Shown: positions 37,239 through 47,906 of the stretch, in pieces
Position numbering within the stretch: position 1 is the first letter of the stretch
How the letters are laid out: each line of letters begins with the position of its first letter
Assembly: GCA_034670025.1 (NCBI GenBank)
Contig: JAXMOE010000001.1
Coordinates: forward strand, 77,187 to 141,186
Direction of reading: 5' to 3'
DNA: 64,000 bases
From: Chlorobiota bacterium
GTDB taxonomy: Bacteria > Bacteroidota > Ignavibacteria > Kapaibacteriales > UBA2268
Notes under the pieces: generated by a model
What the model saw: only the letters and a program-made list of their open reading frames with translations
Told to the model about the DNA's origin: nothing
Database searches by the model: none
Position numbers and translations under genes: made by a program

Positions 37239-38237
37239 TTGCCATTGAAAAAATTATTCAGAATATTATTAATCTCAAACCTTATTCTTTTAGTTTTCGG
37301 TTGTGCCTCTAATATTGAGTTATATAGTATTCCGAAATATAATTCAGATATAAGTTCAATTGATTATTCTAATAGCACTTTTATTATCATAGGAGATACT
37401 CAAAGGACAGGTTTTTTAGAACAGTATTTTTATTTTAGGGAATCAAATGATTCAATTCAATTTGTATTGTTTGATTCTATATCCTCATTGAAACAAAAAC
37501 CTGCATTTATATTACACTTAGGTGATATGGTATTTGATGGTTCTTCAGAAAATGATTGGAATTATTTTGATGCATCTACAAAACAGATAAGGAATTTGAA
37601 TATACCCATAATTCCTGTATTAGGAAATCATGAATACTATGGTGATAGTCTTGAAAGAGCTAAAAATATAAATAGTCGATTTAATAATTTAAAAGATTCT
37701 AGTTGGAAAGCGTTTGAATTTAACAATATTGGTATTATTTTGTTAAATTCAAATGAGGAATTATCACTTTATCAAACTGAAAAACAGAAGAATTTCTTTA
37801 CTAATTCTATAAATACTTTTGAATCTGATTCAAACATTAATTACATAATAGTTGCTACGCACCATCCTCCTTATACAAATGGTACAGGAATAGGGTTTGA
37901 CGAAAGTGAATATGTACAGAATTATTTTGCAGAAAAATTTATTTCTTTAAAGAAAACAGGCTTGTTTTTATCAGGTCATTGCCATAACTACGAACACCTA
38001 CTAATTTCAGACAAACACTTTATTATCTCCGGTGGTGGAGGTGGCCCCAGAAGGAAAATTGATTTAGATAGTGATTATATAGATATAACAAAGGGGGCTG
38101 AAGAAAATGAAGAAGAAAGAGGTTTTAACTTTATAGAAATTCAAGTTTTAAAAGATTCATTACTTATTGAAGTACATTCTTTTAATAAAGATAGAGAAGA
38201 ATGGTATGAAGGCGATTATTTTAAAATTAGTAATTAA
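37239..38237 (+). CDS. Metallophosphoesterase (calcineurin-like) lipoprotein
   Basis: 332 aa; lipobox LVFGCAS; GDTQ, GDMVFDG, GNHEY, HHPPY and GHCHNYEH metal-ligand blocks. Confidence 0.75.
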   Translation: MPLKKLFRILLISNLILLVFGCASNIELYSIPKYNSDISSIDYSNSTFIIIGDTQRTGFLEQYFYFRESNDSIQFVLFDSISSLKQKPAFILHLGDMVFDGSSENDWNYFDASTKQIRNLNIPIIPVLGNHEYYGDSLERAKNINSRFNNLKDSSWKAFEFNNIGIILLNSNEELSLYQTEKQKNFFTNSINTFESDSNINYIIVATHHPPYTNGTGIGFDESEYVQNYFAEKFISLKKTGLFLSGHCHNYEHLLISDKHFIISGGGGGPRRKIDLDSDYIDITKGAEENEEERGFNFIEIQVLKDSLLIEVHSFNKDREEWYEGDYFKISN

Positions 38238-38632
38238 AGAAATGAAAAATTTAGCTCTGAAATATTAAATTTAATAATCACTTTCCCAGAAATTGATTGT
38301 TGACTAATTAGCCCAAAAGTACGTGAATCTTCGCTAACCGTTGAGTTATCTCCTATTACAAATACGCTATCATCGATAGATATATAGCTTATTCTTTTTA
38401 CTAACAAGTCACCATTTCTGTTGAATGCAATAATATCATTTGGGAGTTGTTGTTTGTACTCATATCCAAATATATCGTAGGCCAATTTGCTGACAAAGAC
38501 TAATTCGCCTTTGTTCAAAGTAGGTGACATAGAATCAGAAGAGACCATACGTATATCTACGATAAAGTGTTTTATAAATAAAACAAGACATATTGCAACT
38601 ATGATTGAGAACAATATGTCTTTAGTTTTCAT
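38234..38632 (-). CDS. Short signal peptidase I-like (S26) protein, second copy in tandem with lepB
   Basis: 132 aa; SDSMSPTL (Ser box), LVKRI (Lys box) and GDNSTVSEDSRTFG (box E) present. Confidence 0.6.
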   Translation of the reverse strand: MKTKDILFSIIVAICLVLFIKHFIVDIRMVSSDSMSPTLNKGELVFVSKLAYDIFGYEYKQQLPNDIIAFNRNGDLLVKRISYISIDDSVFVIGDNSTVSEDSRTFGLISQQSISGKVIIKFNISELNFSFL

Positions 38633-38645
38633 TCTGATATTAATA

Positions 38646-39563
38646 TTAATCTATTAGGTTACCAATTCTACCAAACTTGATTGTCGATAGTTTGTCGAAG
38701 AAATCTCCGAAAGGCATATTAGTGTCCCAAGACCAATAGACTATAAGTGGTGTACCAGTTACATTTTCGTAAGGGATGAATCCCCAATCTCTGCTGTCTT
38801 CACTGTTTCTTCTGTTGTCACCCATACCGAAACAATAGTCTCTTTCAACTATATATTCTGATGCAGGTTTGTCATCTATATAAACACTTTTGCTGTCGAA
38901 TGTTACATCATGACCTTCGCGCATTATGAATATTCGCCACTTCTCAATATTCTCACGAGTTATTGGTATAACGTCGCCTTCTTGCGGAATTACTAATGGC
39001 CCATAGTTAGAGTGAGTCCAATTAGCACCGAGTGGGAACGATGCTGGTCTGGCTGGGTTTTTAGTTGGGTCAAAGTTTACATTATCAGGTATCGGTTGCT
39101 TGATACCATTTACATATACAACTTCGTCTATTACTTGTATAGTGTCACCAGCAGTAGCCATACATCTTTTCAGATAATATTGGAACAGCTGTGGTTCTAC
39201 TAATCCCATTCTACCAGGGTAAATAAATACTATTACATCGCCTTTCTCAGGATCTTTTATTCCTGGGAATTTGATGAATGGTAACTCTTGATTAATAAAA
39301 GGTATTACCTGCGGAGTAGTCGGGCCATAGACGAACTTGTTAACGAATAGGAAATCCCCAGTCATGACTTCATTTTCCATAGAGCCAGTTGGAACTACAA
39401 ACGAAGCAACGAGAAGCCCGTTGATAATCATTACTACTACCACTGCACCGAGTATAGTCTTAATAGAGGAGAATAGTTTCTCCATAGAAGACATATTATT
39501 ATACCGTTCTTTTTGTAATCGCTTTTTTTCTTTTCTTTTCTTTAAATAATCTGAAAAAGACAT
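38646..39563 (-). CDS. lepB: Signal peptidase I
   Basis: 305 aa; N-terminal TM, PTGSMENEVMTGD, GDNRRNSEDSRDWGFIPYENVTG. Confidence 0.85.
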   Translation of the reverse strand: MSFSDYLKKRKEKKRLQKERYNNMSSMEKLFSSIKTILGAVVVVMIINGLLVASFVVPTGSMENEVMTGDFLFVNKFVYGPTTPQVIPFINQELPFIKFPGIKDPEKGDVIVFIYPGRMGLVEPQLFQYYLKRCMATAGDTIQVIDEVVYVNGIKQPIPDNVNFDPTKNPARPASFPLGANWTHSNYGPLVIPQEGDVIPITRENIEKWRIFIMREGHDVTFDSKSVYIDDKPASEYIVERDYCFGMGDNRRNSEDSRDWGFIPYENVTGTPLIVYWSWDTNMPFGDFFDKLSTIKFGRIGNLID

Positions 39564-39572
39564 TTTTCCTCA

Positions 39573-41372
39573 TTAATCAATTGAAAGTACAGCATGGAAT
39601 GCTTCTTGAGGAACTTCCACGCTACCAATTTGTTTCATACGCTTTTTACCTTCTTTTTGTTTCTCTATTAGCTTACGCTTTCTCGAAATATCACCACCAT
39701 AACATTTGGCAGTTACATTCTTACGCATAGCTGTAATATTAGTACGAGATACAATTTTGTTACCGATTGCTGCTTGTATAGCAACATCGAACATTTGTCT
39801 TGGTATTAGCTCTTTTAATTTATCGCAAAGTTTTTTGCCCCAGCTATATGCTTTGTCCCTGTGGACAACCGACGAAAGTGCATCGACCACATCGCCATTG
39901 AGCATTACGTCTAATTTGACCAAATCACTTTCTTTTTCTCTCGAAAATTCATAATCAAGTGAAGCATAGCCTCTTGTACTTGATTTCAATTTGTCATAAA
40001 AATCAAATACAACTTCCGAAAGTGGAATTTCGAAAATCAGTTCGACTCTAGTCTCTGATAAATATTTTTGATCCAACATATCCGATCTTCTATCCATACA
40101 CAGAGACATTACATTCCCTACATATTTGTCAGGAGTAATAATCTGAGCTCTTATATATGGTTCTTTTATCTTCTCAATTTTAACTCTGTCTGGCATTTGT
40201 GCAGGATTATCAATTTGCAACACTTCGCCATCAGTTTGGATTACACTATATCTTACATTGGGAACAGTTGTAACAATGTTCTGGTTGAACTCACGTTCTA
40301 ATCTTTCTTGTACTATCTCCATGTGTAGCAAGCCAAGGAAGCCACAACGGAAACCAAACCCAAGTGCAGAAGAAGATTCTGGTTCAAAGGTAACTGCACT
40401 ATCATTAAGTGACAGTTTTGATAATGCCTCTCTCAAATCTTCAAACCCATCAGAATCGGCTGGATAGATACCAGAGAATACCATTGGCTTAACTTCTTTG
40501 AATCCTGAAATAGCTTCGGTCGCACCATTCTTTTGGTGAGTTATAGTATCACCGACTTTGGTATCTGATAGCTCTTTGATAGCTGCCGTGATATAGCCAA
40601 CATTTCCTGCTTTGAGCGATTTTCTTTTCATTCGCTTCATCTGCATTACGCCAACTTCCTCAACTATATGTTCAGTTTTGTTGGACATAAATATTATCTT
40701 ATCATTTTCCTTTATTTCACCATCAATCACACGGATATTTACGATAACACCTTGGTAAGGATCAAATATTGAATCATAAATCAACGCTTTTAGTGGAGCT
40801 TCTGGGTCGCCTTTCGGAGGATCTATTCTTTCAATTATCGCTTCTAATATATTGTCAACACCTTGACCAGATTTACCAGATGCTTCAATAATATCTTCTT
40901 CTTTTCCGCCAATTAATTCTAACACTTGTGCTTTTACTGTATCTTTTGTTGTAGCAGCTGCTGGCAGGTCAATCTTATTTAATACAGGAATAATCTCCAA
41001 ATCATTTTCTATTGCCATATAGAGATTACTGATTGTTTGTGCTTCAACTCCTTGAGTTGCATCTACGACTAATATTGCACCTTCGCAAGCAGCGAGGGAA
41101 CGCGATACTTCATAAGAGAAATCTACGTGACCAGGTGTGTCAATTAGGTTGAGCATATAAGTTTCGCCATTTCTAGCTTTATATTCCATCTGAATAGCGT
41201 GTAACTTAATAGTAATGCCTCGTTCTTGCTCCAAGGCGTTGTTGTCTAATATTTGGGCATGAATCATCTCACGTTTAGTAATAGCACCTGTGACCTCTAA
41301 TATCCGGTCGGCCAAGGTTGATTTACCATGATCAATGTGAGCAATTATGCAAAAGTTTCTAATGTTTTTCAT
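39573..41372 (-). CDS. lepA: Translation elongation factor 4 (LepA)
   Basis: 599 aa; [21 protein letters not shown]1 motif; LepA C-terminal domain. Confidence 0.95.
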   Translation of the reverse strand: MKNIRNFCIIAHIDHGKSTLADRILEVTGAITKREMIHAQILDNNALEQERGITIKLHAIQMEYKARNGETYMLNLIDTPGHVDFSYEVSRSLAACEGAILVVDATQGVEAQTISNLYMAIENDLEIIPVLNKIDLPAAATTKDTVKAQVLELIGGKEEDIIEASGKSGQGVDNILEAIIERIDPPKGDPEAPLKALIYDSIFDPYQGVIVNIRVIDGEIKENDKIIFMSNKTEHIVEEVGVMQMKRMKRKSLKAGNVGYITAAIKELSDTKVGDTITHQKNGATEAISGFKEVKPMVFSGIYPADSDGFEDLREALSKLSLNDSAVTFEPESSSALGFGFRCGFLGLLHMEIVQERLEREFNQNIVTTVPNVRYSVIQTDGEVLQIDNPAQMPDRVKIEKIKEPYIRAQIITPDKYVGNVMSLCMDRRSDMLDQKYLSETRVELIFEIPLSEVVFDFYDKLKSSTRGYASLDYEFSREKESDLVKLDVMLNGDVVDALSSVVHRDKAYSWGKKLCDKLKELIPRQMFDVAIQAAIGNKIVSRTNITAMRKNVTAKCYGGDISRKRKLIEKQKEGKKRMKQIGSVEVPQEAFHAVLSID

Positions 41373-41488
41373 TTATATCCATTTGATGTAAGTTACAAAG
41401 ATACTAAAGGAGTATAACTTAGTCAACGATTATTAATAATTATTGTTAGGTAATTAGTGTGATTTTATTTTTTGAAGAGGTAGCAGAT

Positions 41489-42616
41489 TTAATCTAAGAA
41501 CGATTTTTCGTCTTTATAAATACCTGCTTGACGCGAAATATTAAGCAGAACACCGATTGCAGCGGAGTAGATAATAATAGCAGTACCACCGAATGATATG
41601 AATGGTAATGGAAGCCCCGTAGTTGGAAGTAGCCCCGTGTTAACTCCAGCATTGATGAATACATATATAGAAAAAGTAACAACTATACCAACAGAAAGGA
41701 AATAGCCGAATGAATTAGGAGCATTCCTTGCTATTAGCATTCCACGATAGAATACAAAACCGAAAATAGCAATGATAAAAAAGAGTCCTAAAAAGCCAAA
41801 TTCTTCACCAATTATGGAGAAAATAAAATCACCATAAGATTCTGGTAAAAACATGTGGCTTTGTCTAGATTGACCTACACCGACACCTGACATTCCTCCG
41901 TTTCCAATAGCAATTAGTGCTTGTTTGAGTTGATATGACACAGATTCACCTGCGGCTTCTTCGCCACCCAAATATGCTTGTATTCTAGCTAATCTATACG
42001 GTGCCGAAACGGCATAAATCCCAGCCAAGACAGCACCTATTATCCCAGTGTAAATCAGATAAAGTAAGTTTACATTTCCAATGAACATCATTGAAAATGA
42101 AATCATAAATATTACAATCATAGTAGAGAAATTGGGTTGCAATGCTATAAGAACACTTATGATAAGTAACCAGATTATAAAAGGAAAGAACCCACTTTCG
42201 AATTCCTTAATTTTATCTTGCTTTTTTTCTAACATTGCTGCAAAGTGGAATATGAGTGCAAACTTTGCAAATTCGGAGGGTTGTATTGTGATACCCCCAA
42301 TACTTATCCAACGAGATGCACCCTTGGCAGATGAACCACCTACTAACACTATTACTAATAGTATGACAGCAGTTATTAGGAGCGGTTTTGTGAATTTCTT
42401 GTATTTATTATAATCAATAGCCGAGACCACTATCATGACTACAATACCAGCTAATATTTTGATTAGGTGACTAAAGAAGTAAGTGTCGGCAGAGCCAGTT
42501 TTCAATTCAGAAATAGTAGATGAAGCAGTATAAACTACGGCTAAACTAAATAGCATCAATGCTATTATTGATAGCATCAGAAACCAGTCGATTCTATTTT
42601 TATTAGTTGTTTCCAC
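41489..42616 (-). CDS. ftsW: FtsW/RodA/SpoVE-family peptidoglycan glycosyltransferase (probable FtsW, adjacent to murD)
   Basis: 375 aa; 10 TM SEDS topology; 1-nt gap to murD. Confidence 0.75.
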   Translation of the reverse strand: METTNKNRIDWFLMLSIIALMLFSLAVVYTASSTISELKTGSADTYFFSHLIKILAGIVVMIVVSAIDYNKYKKFTKPLLITAVILLVIVLVGGSSAKGASRWISIGGITIQPSEFAKFALIFHFAAMLEKKQDKIKEFESGFFPFIIWLLIISVLIALQPNFSTMIVIFMISFSMMFIGNVNLLYLIYTGIIGAVLAGIYAVSAPYRLARIQAYLGGEEAAGESVSYQLKQALIAIGNGGMSGVGVGQSRQSHMFLPESYGDFIFSIIGEEFGFLGLFFIIAIFGFVFYRGMLIARNAPNSFGYFLSVGIVVTFSIYVFINAGVNTGLLPTTGLPLPFISFGGTAIIIYSAAIGVLLNISRQAGIYKDEKSFLD

Positions 42617-44008
42617 TTATAATAAACTGTTTACGACCTCTTTGAAAACATCTCCGCGATGCTCAAAATTCACAAATTCATCAAAGCTTTTGCAAGCAGG
42701 GGAGAGCAATACTGTGTCACCTGATTTTGAGTGTGCTGCAGCTTCTAATGTTGCTTCCATAAAACTATTAGCCAAAAAGCATTTGACCTTTCCTGAAAAC
42801 TCATCGAACAATTTATTTTTTTCATCACCGAAGCAAATTAAGTATTTCACTTTGCTTTCTACTAACTGTTCTAACACCGAATAGTCATTATCAGATGAAG
42901 ACCCACCTGCTAACCAAACTATATTTCCTTCAAAAGAGTTAAGTGCATACCAAGTTGAGTTGACATTCGTTGCTTTTGAGTCATTGATAAATCTGACTCC
43001 AAGCATATCTCTGACAACTTCTAAACGGTGCTGCACACCCTTGAAAGATGTTACGGCATCTCTTATATCTTCGTTTCTTATCTGTAAGTATTTTGCTGCT
43101 ACAACTGCTGCGTATGTGTTGTATAGATTATGCTCACCATATAGCGGCACATTGCTAATCGACATTATTTCCTCTTCTTGCTGCTGTGATTTATATACTA
43201 TGTTCCCGTTTTTTTGGGATCCCCCCATAGTATCTAAGTTATCGTGACTAAGAGATATTTTGGCAATTTTGGCGTTTGTTTCAAAAGCTTCCCCACCTGA
43301 AACAAAATCTATGCTTTTAATATCCTTATTAATAATAGAACTTATTATCTTATCGTCACAATTCAAAACTAACAAATTATCTTCAGTTTGATTGGATGTA
43401 ATTTTCCACTTTGCTCTCAAATAATGTTCATAACTGCCGTGGTAGCTCAAATGATCTTCAGTAATATTCATAAATATTGCCACATCTGCCCTAAAAGTAT
43501 CTATTCTATCTAATTGGTAACTCGAGAGTTCCACAACTAAAATATCTGTATCCCTTACTTCGCTAACAACATCGGAAAGAGGAGTACCTACGTTGCCAAC
43601 GAGTTTTACACTTCTACCCGATTCTGATAAAATATGAGCCAAAAGAGTAGCGGTTGTAGTTTTTCCATTAGTGCCTGTTATTCCTACAATTTTGGGTGAG
43701 CTTGTCAAATTTTGATAAGCAAACTCAATTTCCGAGATTATTTGTATTTCAGCGTATTCTAATTGTTTTATTATTTTTGCATTTGGAGGAACCCCTGGTG
43801 AAGCAACGCACAAGTCAAATTTCTTTAATTCTTCAAAGCTATTTTGACCAAATTCATATTCTATTTCTAAATCATTTAACTGGCTCGTAAGGTCTTTATT
43901 CTCCTTAGATTTATCAGATTCAGTTAGGAATACATTGTGTCCTTTGCTCTTTGCTAATTTTGCAGCAGAAAGACCACTTTTTCCTGCTCCTATCACTAAA
44001 ATATTCAT
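42617..44008 (-). CDS. murD: UDP-N-acetylmuramoyl-L-alanine--D-glutamate ligase
   Basis: 463 aa; MNILVIGAGKSGLSAAKL Rossmann N-terminus; GITGTNGKTTTATLLAHIL P-loop. Confidence 0.9.
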   Translation of the reverse strand: MNILVIGAGKSGLSAAKLAKSKGHNVFLTESDKSKENKDLTSQLNDLEIEYEFGQNSFEELKKFDLCVASPGVPPNAKIIKQLEYAEIQIISEIEFAYQNLTSSPKIVGITGTNGKTTTATLLAHILSESGRSVKLVGNVGTPLSDVVSEVRDTDILVVELSSYQLDRIDTFRADVAIFMNITEDHLSYHGSYEHYLRAKWKITSNQTEDNLLVLNCDDKIISSIINKDIKSIDFVSGGEAFETNAKIAKISLSHDNLDTMGGSQKNGNIVYKSQQQEEEIMSISNVPLYGEHNLYNTYAAVVAAKYLQIRNEDIRDAVTSFKGVQHRLEVVRDMLGVRFINDSKATNVNSTWYALNSFEGNIVWLAGGSSSDNDYSVLEQLVESKVKYLICFGDEKNKLFDEFSGKVKCFLANSFMEATLEAAAHSKSGDTVLLSPACKSFDEFVNFEHRGDVFKEVVNSLL

Positions 44009-44077
44009 TAATCGTCTATCTTTTATATATTGAATTTGAGTTAGTTACAATTTACGAAATGAAATTAAAGAAATAAT

Positions 44078-44662
44078 ATGTCTATTTTAAGAATTTATAA
44101 TTGTTTTCATCCTATTTTGAGAGAAAAAGCTCAGAAAGTTGAAGACTTTGACCAAGAACTGAAAGATTTTACAGATTCTATGTTGGAGACTATGTACAAT
44201 GCCGACGGTATCGGCTTAGCTGCAAACCAAGTAGGAGACAGAAGATCAATATTTACAGTTGATATAAACACTGGTAGTGAAGATAAAGCAGATTACACCC
44301 CTATTGTGATGATTAATCCGGAAATCAAATCATTTTCTGAAGAAGTTTCTACATTCCAAGAAGGTTGTTTGAGCATTCCCAAATACTATGAGGATGTGGA
44401 TAGGCCAGAGTCAATCCAGATTACTTACACCGATGTAGATATGAAAGAAAAAACAATAGAGGCAAGCGAAATATTGTCGAGAGTAGTGCAGCACGAATAT
44501 GACCATTTGAAAGGAATTTTATTTTTCGATAGAATCACTCAATTGAAGAAGACACTTGGAAAAAAGAAGCTGAATAAGATAAAGAAAGGTGAGATGACTA
44601 CATTCTACCCAATGATTAATGCAGATGGTAGTAAGTTTGACCCGAATGAGCAAAAGCAATAA
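44078..44662 (+). CDS. def: Peptide deformylase
   Basis: 194 aa; GIGLAANQVG, EGCLSIP, HEYDHL motifs. Confidence 0.9.
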   Translation: MSILRIYNCFHPILREKAQKVEDFDQELKDFTDSMLETMYNADGIGLAANQVGDRRSIFTVDINTGSEDKADYTPIVMINPEIKSFSEEVSTFQEGCLSIPKYYEDVDRPESIQITYTDVDMKEKTIEASEILSRVVQHEYDHLKGILFFDRITQLKKTLGKKKLNKIKKGEMTTFYPMINADGSKFDPNEQKQ

Positions 44663-44729
44663 TTATTAATGATGTAAAATAGTTTTTCATTTTATCAGTT
44701 TGATAAGTGAAAAAAAATAATTTCCCGCA

Positions 44730-45398
44730 GTGATGAAAATGAACAAGAAAAAACTCAAACGGCTGATAGAAGGTGGTGAAACTTCTACTGTTGAGTTTAA
44801 AAGAAAGTTAACCGATTCAAAAAAAATAGCCAAAGAGCTTTGTGCTTTTGCTAATACCAAAGGTGGTATTCTTATTGTCGGTGTAGATGATGATAAGACT
44901 GTATGTGGAGTGCTGAGCGAAAAATCGGAAGCAAGTATTATCCGTACTGCATGTGATTTTGATCTTGAACCACCAATTACTCCTATAATACACCACCTTA
45001 ACATAATGGGTTTTGAGTTAGTAGTTGCCGAAGTGGAAGAAAGCAATAACAAACCAATAAACCTACTTACTCAAAACGAAAACAACCAGACATTAAAAAG
45101 AGCTTACATAAGAGTTGGCGAAAAGTCAGTTATGGCTTCCAGTGAAATGGCAAGAGCTTTACGGTATTTGAATAAGGGTACTGATAGTGAGACAAAAGGA
45201 GTAAGTTTTACTTTTGGCAAGAATGAGAAGGCATTATTCAAATATTTGGATGCAAACGAAAGGGCAACTGTTGCTGATTTTGCAAAGTTGGTAAATATAT
45301 CGCGGAGAAGGGCGGAAAGGTTGATGATTCGGATGCTACGAGCTGGCGTTTTGCAAATACATCAAGATTCTGCTCACGATTACTTTACGGCAGTGTAA
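44730..45398 (+). CDS. AlbA_2 (Schlafen-like) domain protein with C-terminal winged HTH
   Basis: 222 aa; TSTVEFKRKL...ELCAFANTKGGILIVGVDDDKTVCGV AlbA_2 signature; C-terminal TVADFAKLVNISRRRAERLMIRMLRAGVL HTH. Confidence 0.6.
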   Translation: MMKMNKKKLKRLIEGGETSTVEFKRKLTDSKKIAKELCAFANTKGGILIVGVDDDKTVCGVLSEKSEASIIRTACDFDLEPPITPIIHHLNIMGFELVVAEVEESNNKPINLLTQNENNQTLKRAYIRVGEKSVMASSEMARALRYLNKGTDSETKGVSFTFGKNEKALFKYLDANERATVADFAKLVNISRRRAERLMIRMLRAGVLQIHQDSAHDYFTAV

Positions 45399-45463
45399 GT
45401 TAATTTAACAAAAATCTCTAAATTTGTAATTCATTATAAATACAATCTGATAAATTTAAGTAA

Positions 45464-46720
45464 ATGAAAGTATATAAGCGACAATTTGATTCTGGACTAA
45501 GAGCCATAATCATACCCAAAGACACTACTCCAATAGTGACTGCAAATATCTCATACAGAGTTGGTTCTAAAGATGAAGCACACGGCAAAACTGGCTTGGC
45601 TCACTTGTTTGAACACCTCATGTTCGAAGGTACTCCAAATGTCCCAAAGGGGAGATTCGACCAAATATGCTCCGAAGCTGGTGGTACTAATAATGCTTAT
45701 ACTACTTACGATTGGACTACTTATTATATGACTTTGCCCAACACACAATTGGAATTGGCATTGTGGTTGGAAGCTGATAGATTGTATAATTTTGAGTTGC
45801 AACAAAGTGTACTCGACGTTCAAAAAGGTGTAGTAACTGAAGAGATTAGCCAAACAGTATTTGACAGACCTTATGGGCAGTGGCGTGATTACTTAGCAAA
45901 AATTGCTTTTACTGAAGATTGTAAGTACTCTTGGGAAGTGCAAGGTTTTGTTGAAGACGTTCAGAGTGTTACTCTTGAAGATGCAGCAGATTTTAGAAGT
46001 AAATATTATAAGCCAAATAATGCTGTTCTTACTCTTTGTGGAGACATAGATGTAGATGAGTCTTATGAGTTAATTGAAAAATACTTCAACAAATCAAATG
46101 GCACACCGAGTGATATAAATAGAAACAGTTTTGACCCAAGCATGAGAATAGATGGAGGTCACGCTTTTTATGAAGACAATGTTCCGCACGCAGCTGTTTT
46201 CGTATCATTCCACTGTGCTGGCTTTGCTGAAGGGGAAGAGGACTATGTTGCGAAGATTTATACTGACATTATGGCGAGGGGAAGAAGCTCTAAGCTATAC
46301 AATTCATTAGTATATGAGTCTGAGATTGCTTCTCATGCTGGTGTATTTTTTGATAAAAGGGAAAACACATCACTTCTTACATTCTTTATTATAGCAAATG
46401 AGGAAGAAACTGGAGCAGATGAGTTATACAATAGTTTGATGAATGAAGTACAGAATGCGAAACAATCGTCATTCTTCCAGTCAGATTTGGAACGCTCAAA
46501 AAATTATGTCAAAAGATCAATAAGTGGTAATTATCTTAAAACTGGTGGTATAGCTGATTTGGTTTCCAAAAAAGAAATGTTTGACAATGACCCAGAATCA
46601 GCGTTCAAACTATTAGAGAAATACGATTCTGTTACTATGGAAGATATTGAAGACTTTATGGCAAAAAGAATATCATTAGACAAAGCAATTAGGGTAGATG
46701 TATTGCCGAAGAAAGATTAA
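45464..46720 (+). CDS. M16-family (pitrilysin/insulinase-like) zinc peptidase
   Basis: 418 aa; inverted zinc motif HLFEHLMFEG (HxxEH). Confidence 0.85.
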   Translation: MKVYKRQFDSGLRAIIIPKDTTPIVTANISYRVGSKDEAHGKTGLAHLFEHLMFEGTPNVPKGRFDQICSEAGGTNNAYTTYDWTTYYMTLPNTQLELALWLEADRLYNFELQQSVLDVQKGVVTEEISQTVFDRPYGQWRDYLAKIAFTEDCKYSWEVQGFVEDVQSVTLEDAADFRSKYYKPNNAVLTLCGDIDVDESYELIEKYFNKSNGTPSDINRNSFDPSMRIDGGHAFYEDNVPHAAVFVSFHCAGFAEGEEDYVAKIYTDIMARGRSSKLYNSLVYESEIASHAGVFFDKRENTSLLTFFIIANEEETGADELYNSLMNEVQNAKQSSFFQSDLERSKNYVKRSISGNYLKTGGIADLVSKKEMFDNDPESAFKLLEKYDSVTMEDIEDFMAKRISLDKAIRVDVLPKKD

Positions 46721-47901
46721 TGCCACAGTAAGCTAGAATCACCATAACTCAAAAATCTATAATCATTATCTAATGCCTCACGGTACACTTTTTCCCAATT
46801 GCCTTTTAGTATTGCTGACACTAATAATAGCAATGTGCTTTTGGGGACGTGGAAATTAGTGAACATTCCGTTAACAAATTTGAAGTCATACCCAGGTACA
46901 ATAATCAATTTGGTTTTACCTACTAACTGCTCTCCATCGGACAATTCAATCAAATTTTCAACGGATTTGATAGCCGAGAGTTGCTCATTTAATTCATAAG
47001 GTGTCCATTGCTGAACTATTTTAGATTCTCTAAACTCCTTGGCTTCTACTCCCGCCCAATACAAAGATTCTAACGTGCGTACACTTGTAGTACCAACGCA
47101 AACTATCTTTCGTTTATTCTCAATGTCTTCTTTTATGTTGCTAAGTAATTCAGGACTTACTGAAAACATCTCGGAGTGCATATCGTGCTTTGTAACATCA
47201 TCATCACTTACTGGAAGAAAAGTTCCTGGGCCGACGTGTAGAGTTAGTTCTCTTAGTTTAATGCCTTTTGATTTCAGCTTACTGAGTATTTCATCAGTGA
47301 AATGCAATCCAGCTGTGGGGGCTGCTATCGATCCATCTTCTTCTGCGAATACAGTTTGATAAGTATCCTTGTCTTTTTCTTCGCTTTCTCTGTTGAGATA
47401 TGGAGGTAAGGGTAGAATGCCATTTTCTAAAAGTAGTTCGGAAAATGTAATATCACCCCAAGTTAGTTCTGCTTCAACTTCATTTCCATTTTTACTGATT
47501 ATTTTTGCTTTTAGCTTCCCATTTACTTCTGATAAGGTAGAACCAACTCTTATTTTCTTACCACCTATTATACATTTCCATGTCGCATTTTTTTTTGCTT
47601 GGAGTGATATTTGTGGGTCGGATGAAGGTGATATTGGTTCTACGAGAAGTAACTGAGCTTTTCCTCCCGTCTCCTTTTTCATATAAAATCGACCAGATAT
47701 TACTTTCGTCTTGTTGATATAAAGTGATACACTATCGTCGAGCAATTCCACTACATCAGAGAACTTCAGGTGTTCAATATCTTTGGCTTCAGATGAAGAG
47801 AGCAATAACTTAGAATCACTTCTGTTTGCCAGAGGATATTTTGCTATTCTCTCCTCTGGCAAATCATAAGTATAATTGTTAATGTCTATCTTGGGTATCA
47901 T
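46717..47901 (-). CDS. queA: tRNA preQ1(34) S-adenosylmethionine ribosyltransferase-isomerase
   Basis: 394 aa; YDLPEERIAKYPL, LPLPPYL, APTAGLHFT, GTTSVRTLES, TNFHVPKSTLL blocks align with E. coli QueA. Confidence 0.9.
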   Translation of the reverse strand: MIPKIDINNYTYDLPEERIAKYPLANRSDSKLLLSSSEAKDIEHLKFSDVVELLDDSVSLYINKTKVISGRFYMKKETGGKAQLLLVEPISPSSDPQISLQAKKNATWKCIIGGKKIRVGSTLSEVNGKLKAKIISKNGNEVEAELTWGDITFSELLLENGILPLPPYLNRESEEKDKDTYQTVFAEEDGSIAAPTAGLHFTDEILSKLKSKGIKLRELTLHVGPGTFLPVSDDDVTKHDMHSEMFSVSPELLSNIKEDIENKRKIVCVGTTSVRTLESLYWAGVEAKEFRESKIVQQWTPYELNEQLSAIKSVENLIELSDGEQLVGKTKLIIVPGYDFKFVNGMFTNFHVPKSTLLLLVSAILKGNWEKVYREALDNDYRFLSYGDSSLLWH

Positions 47902-47906
47902 AAAGA

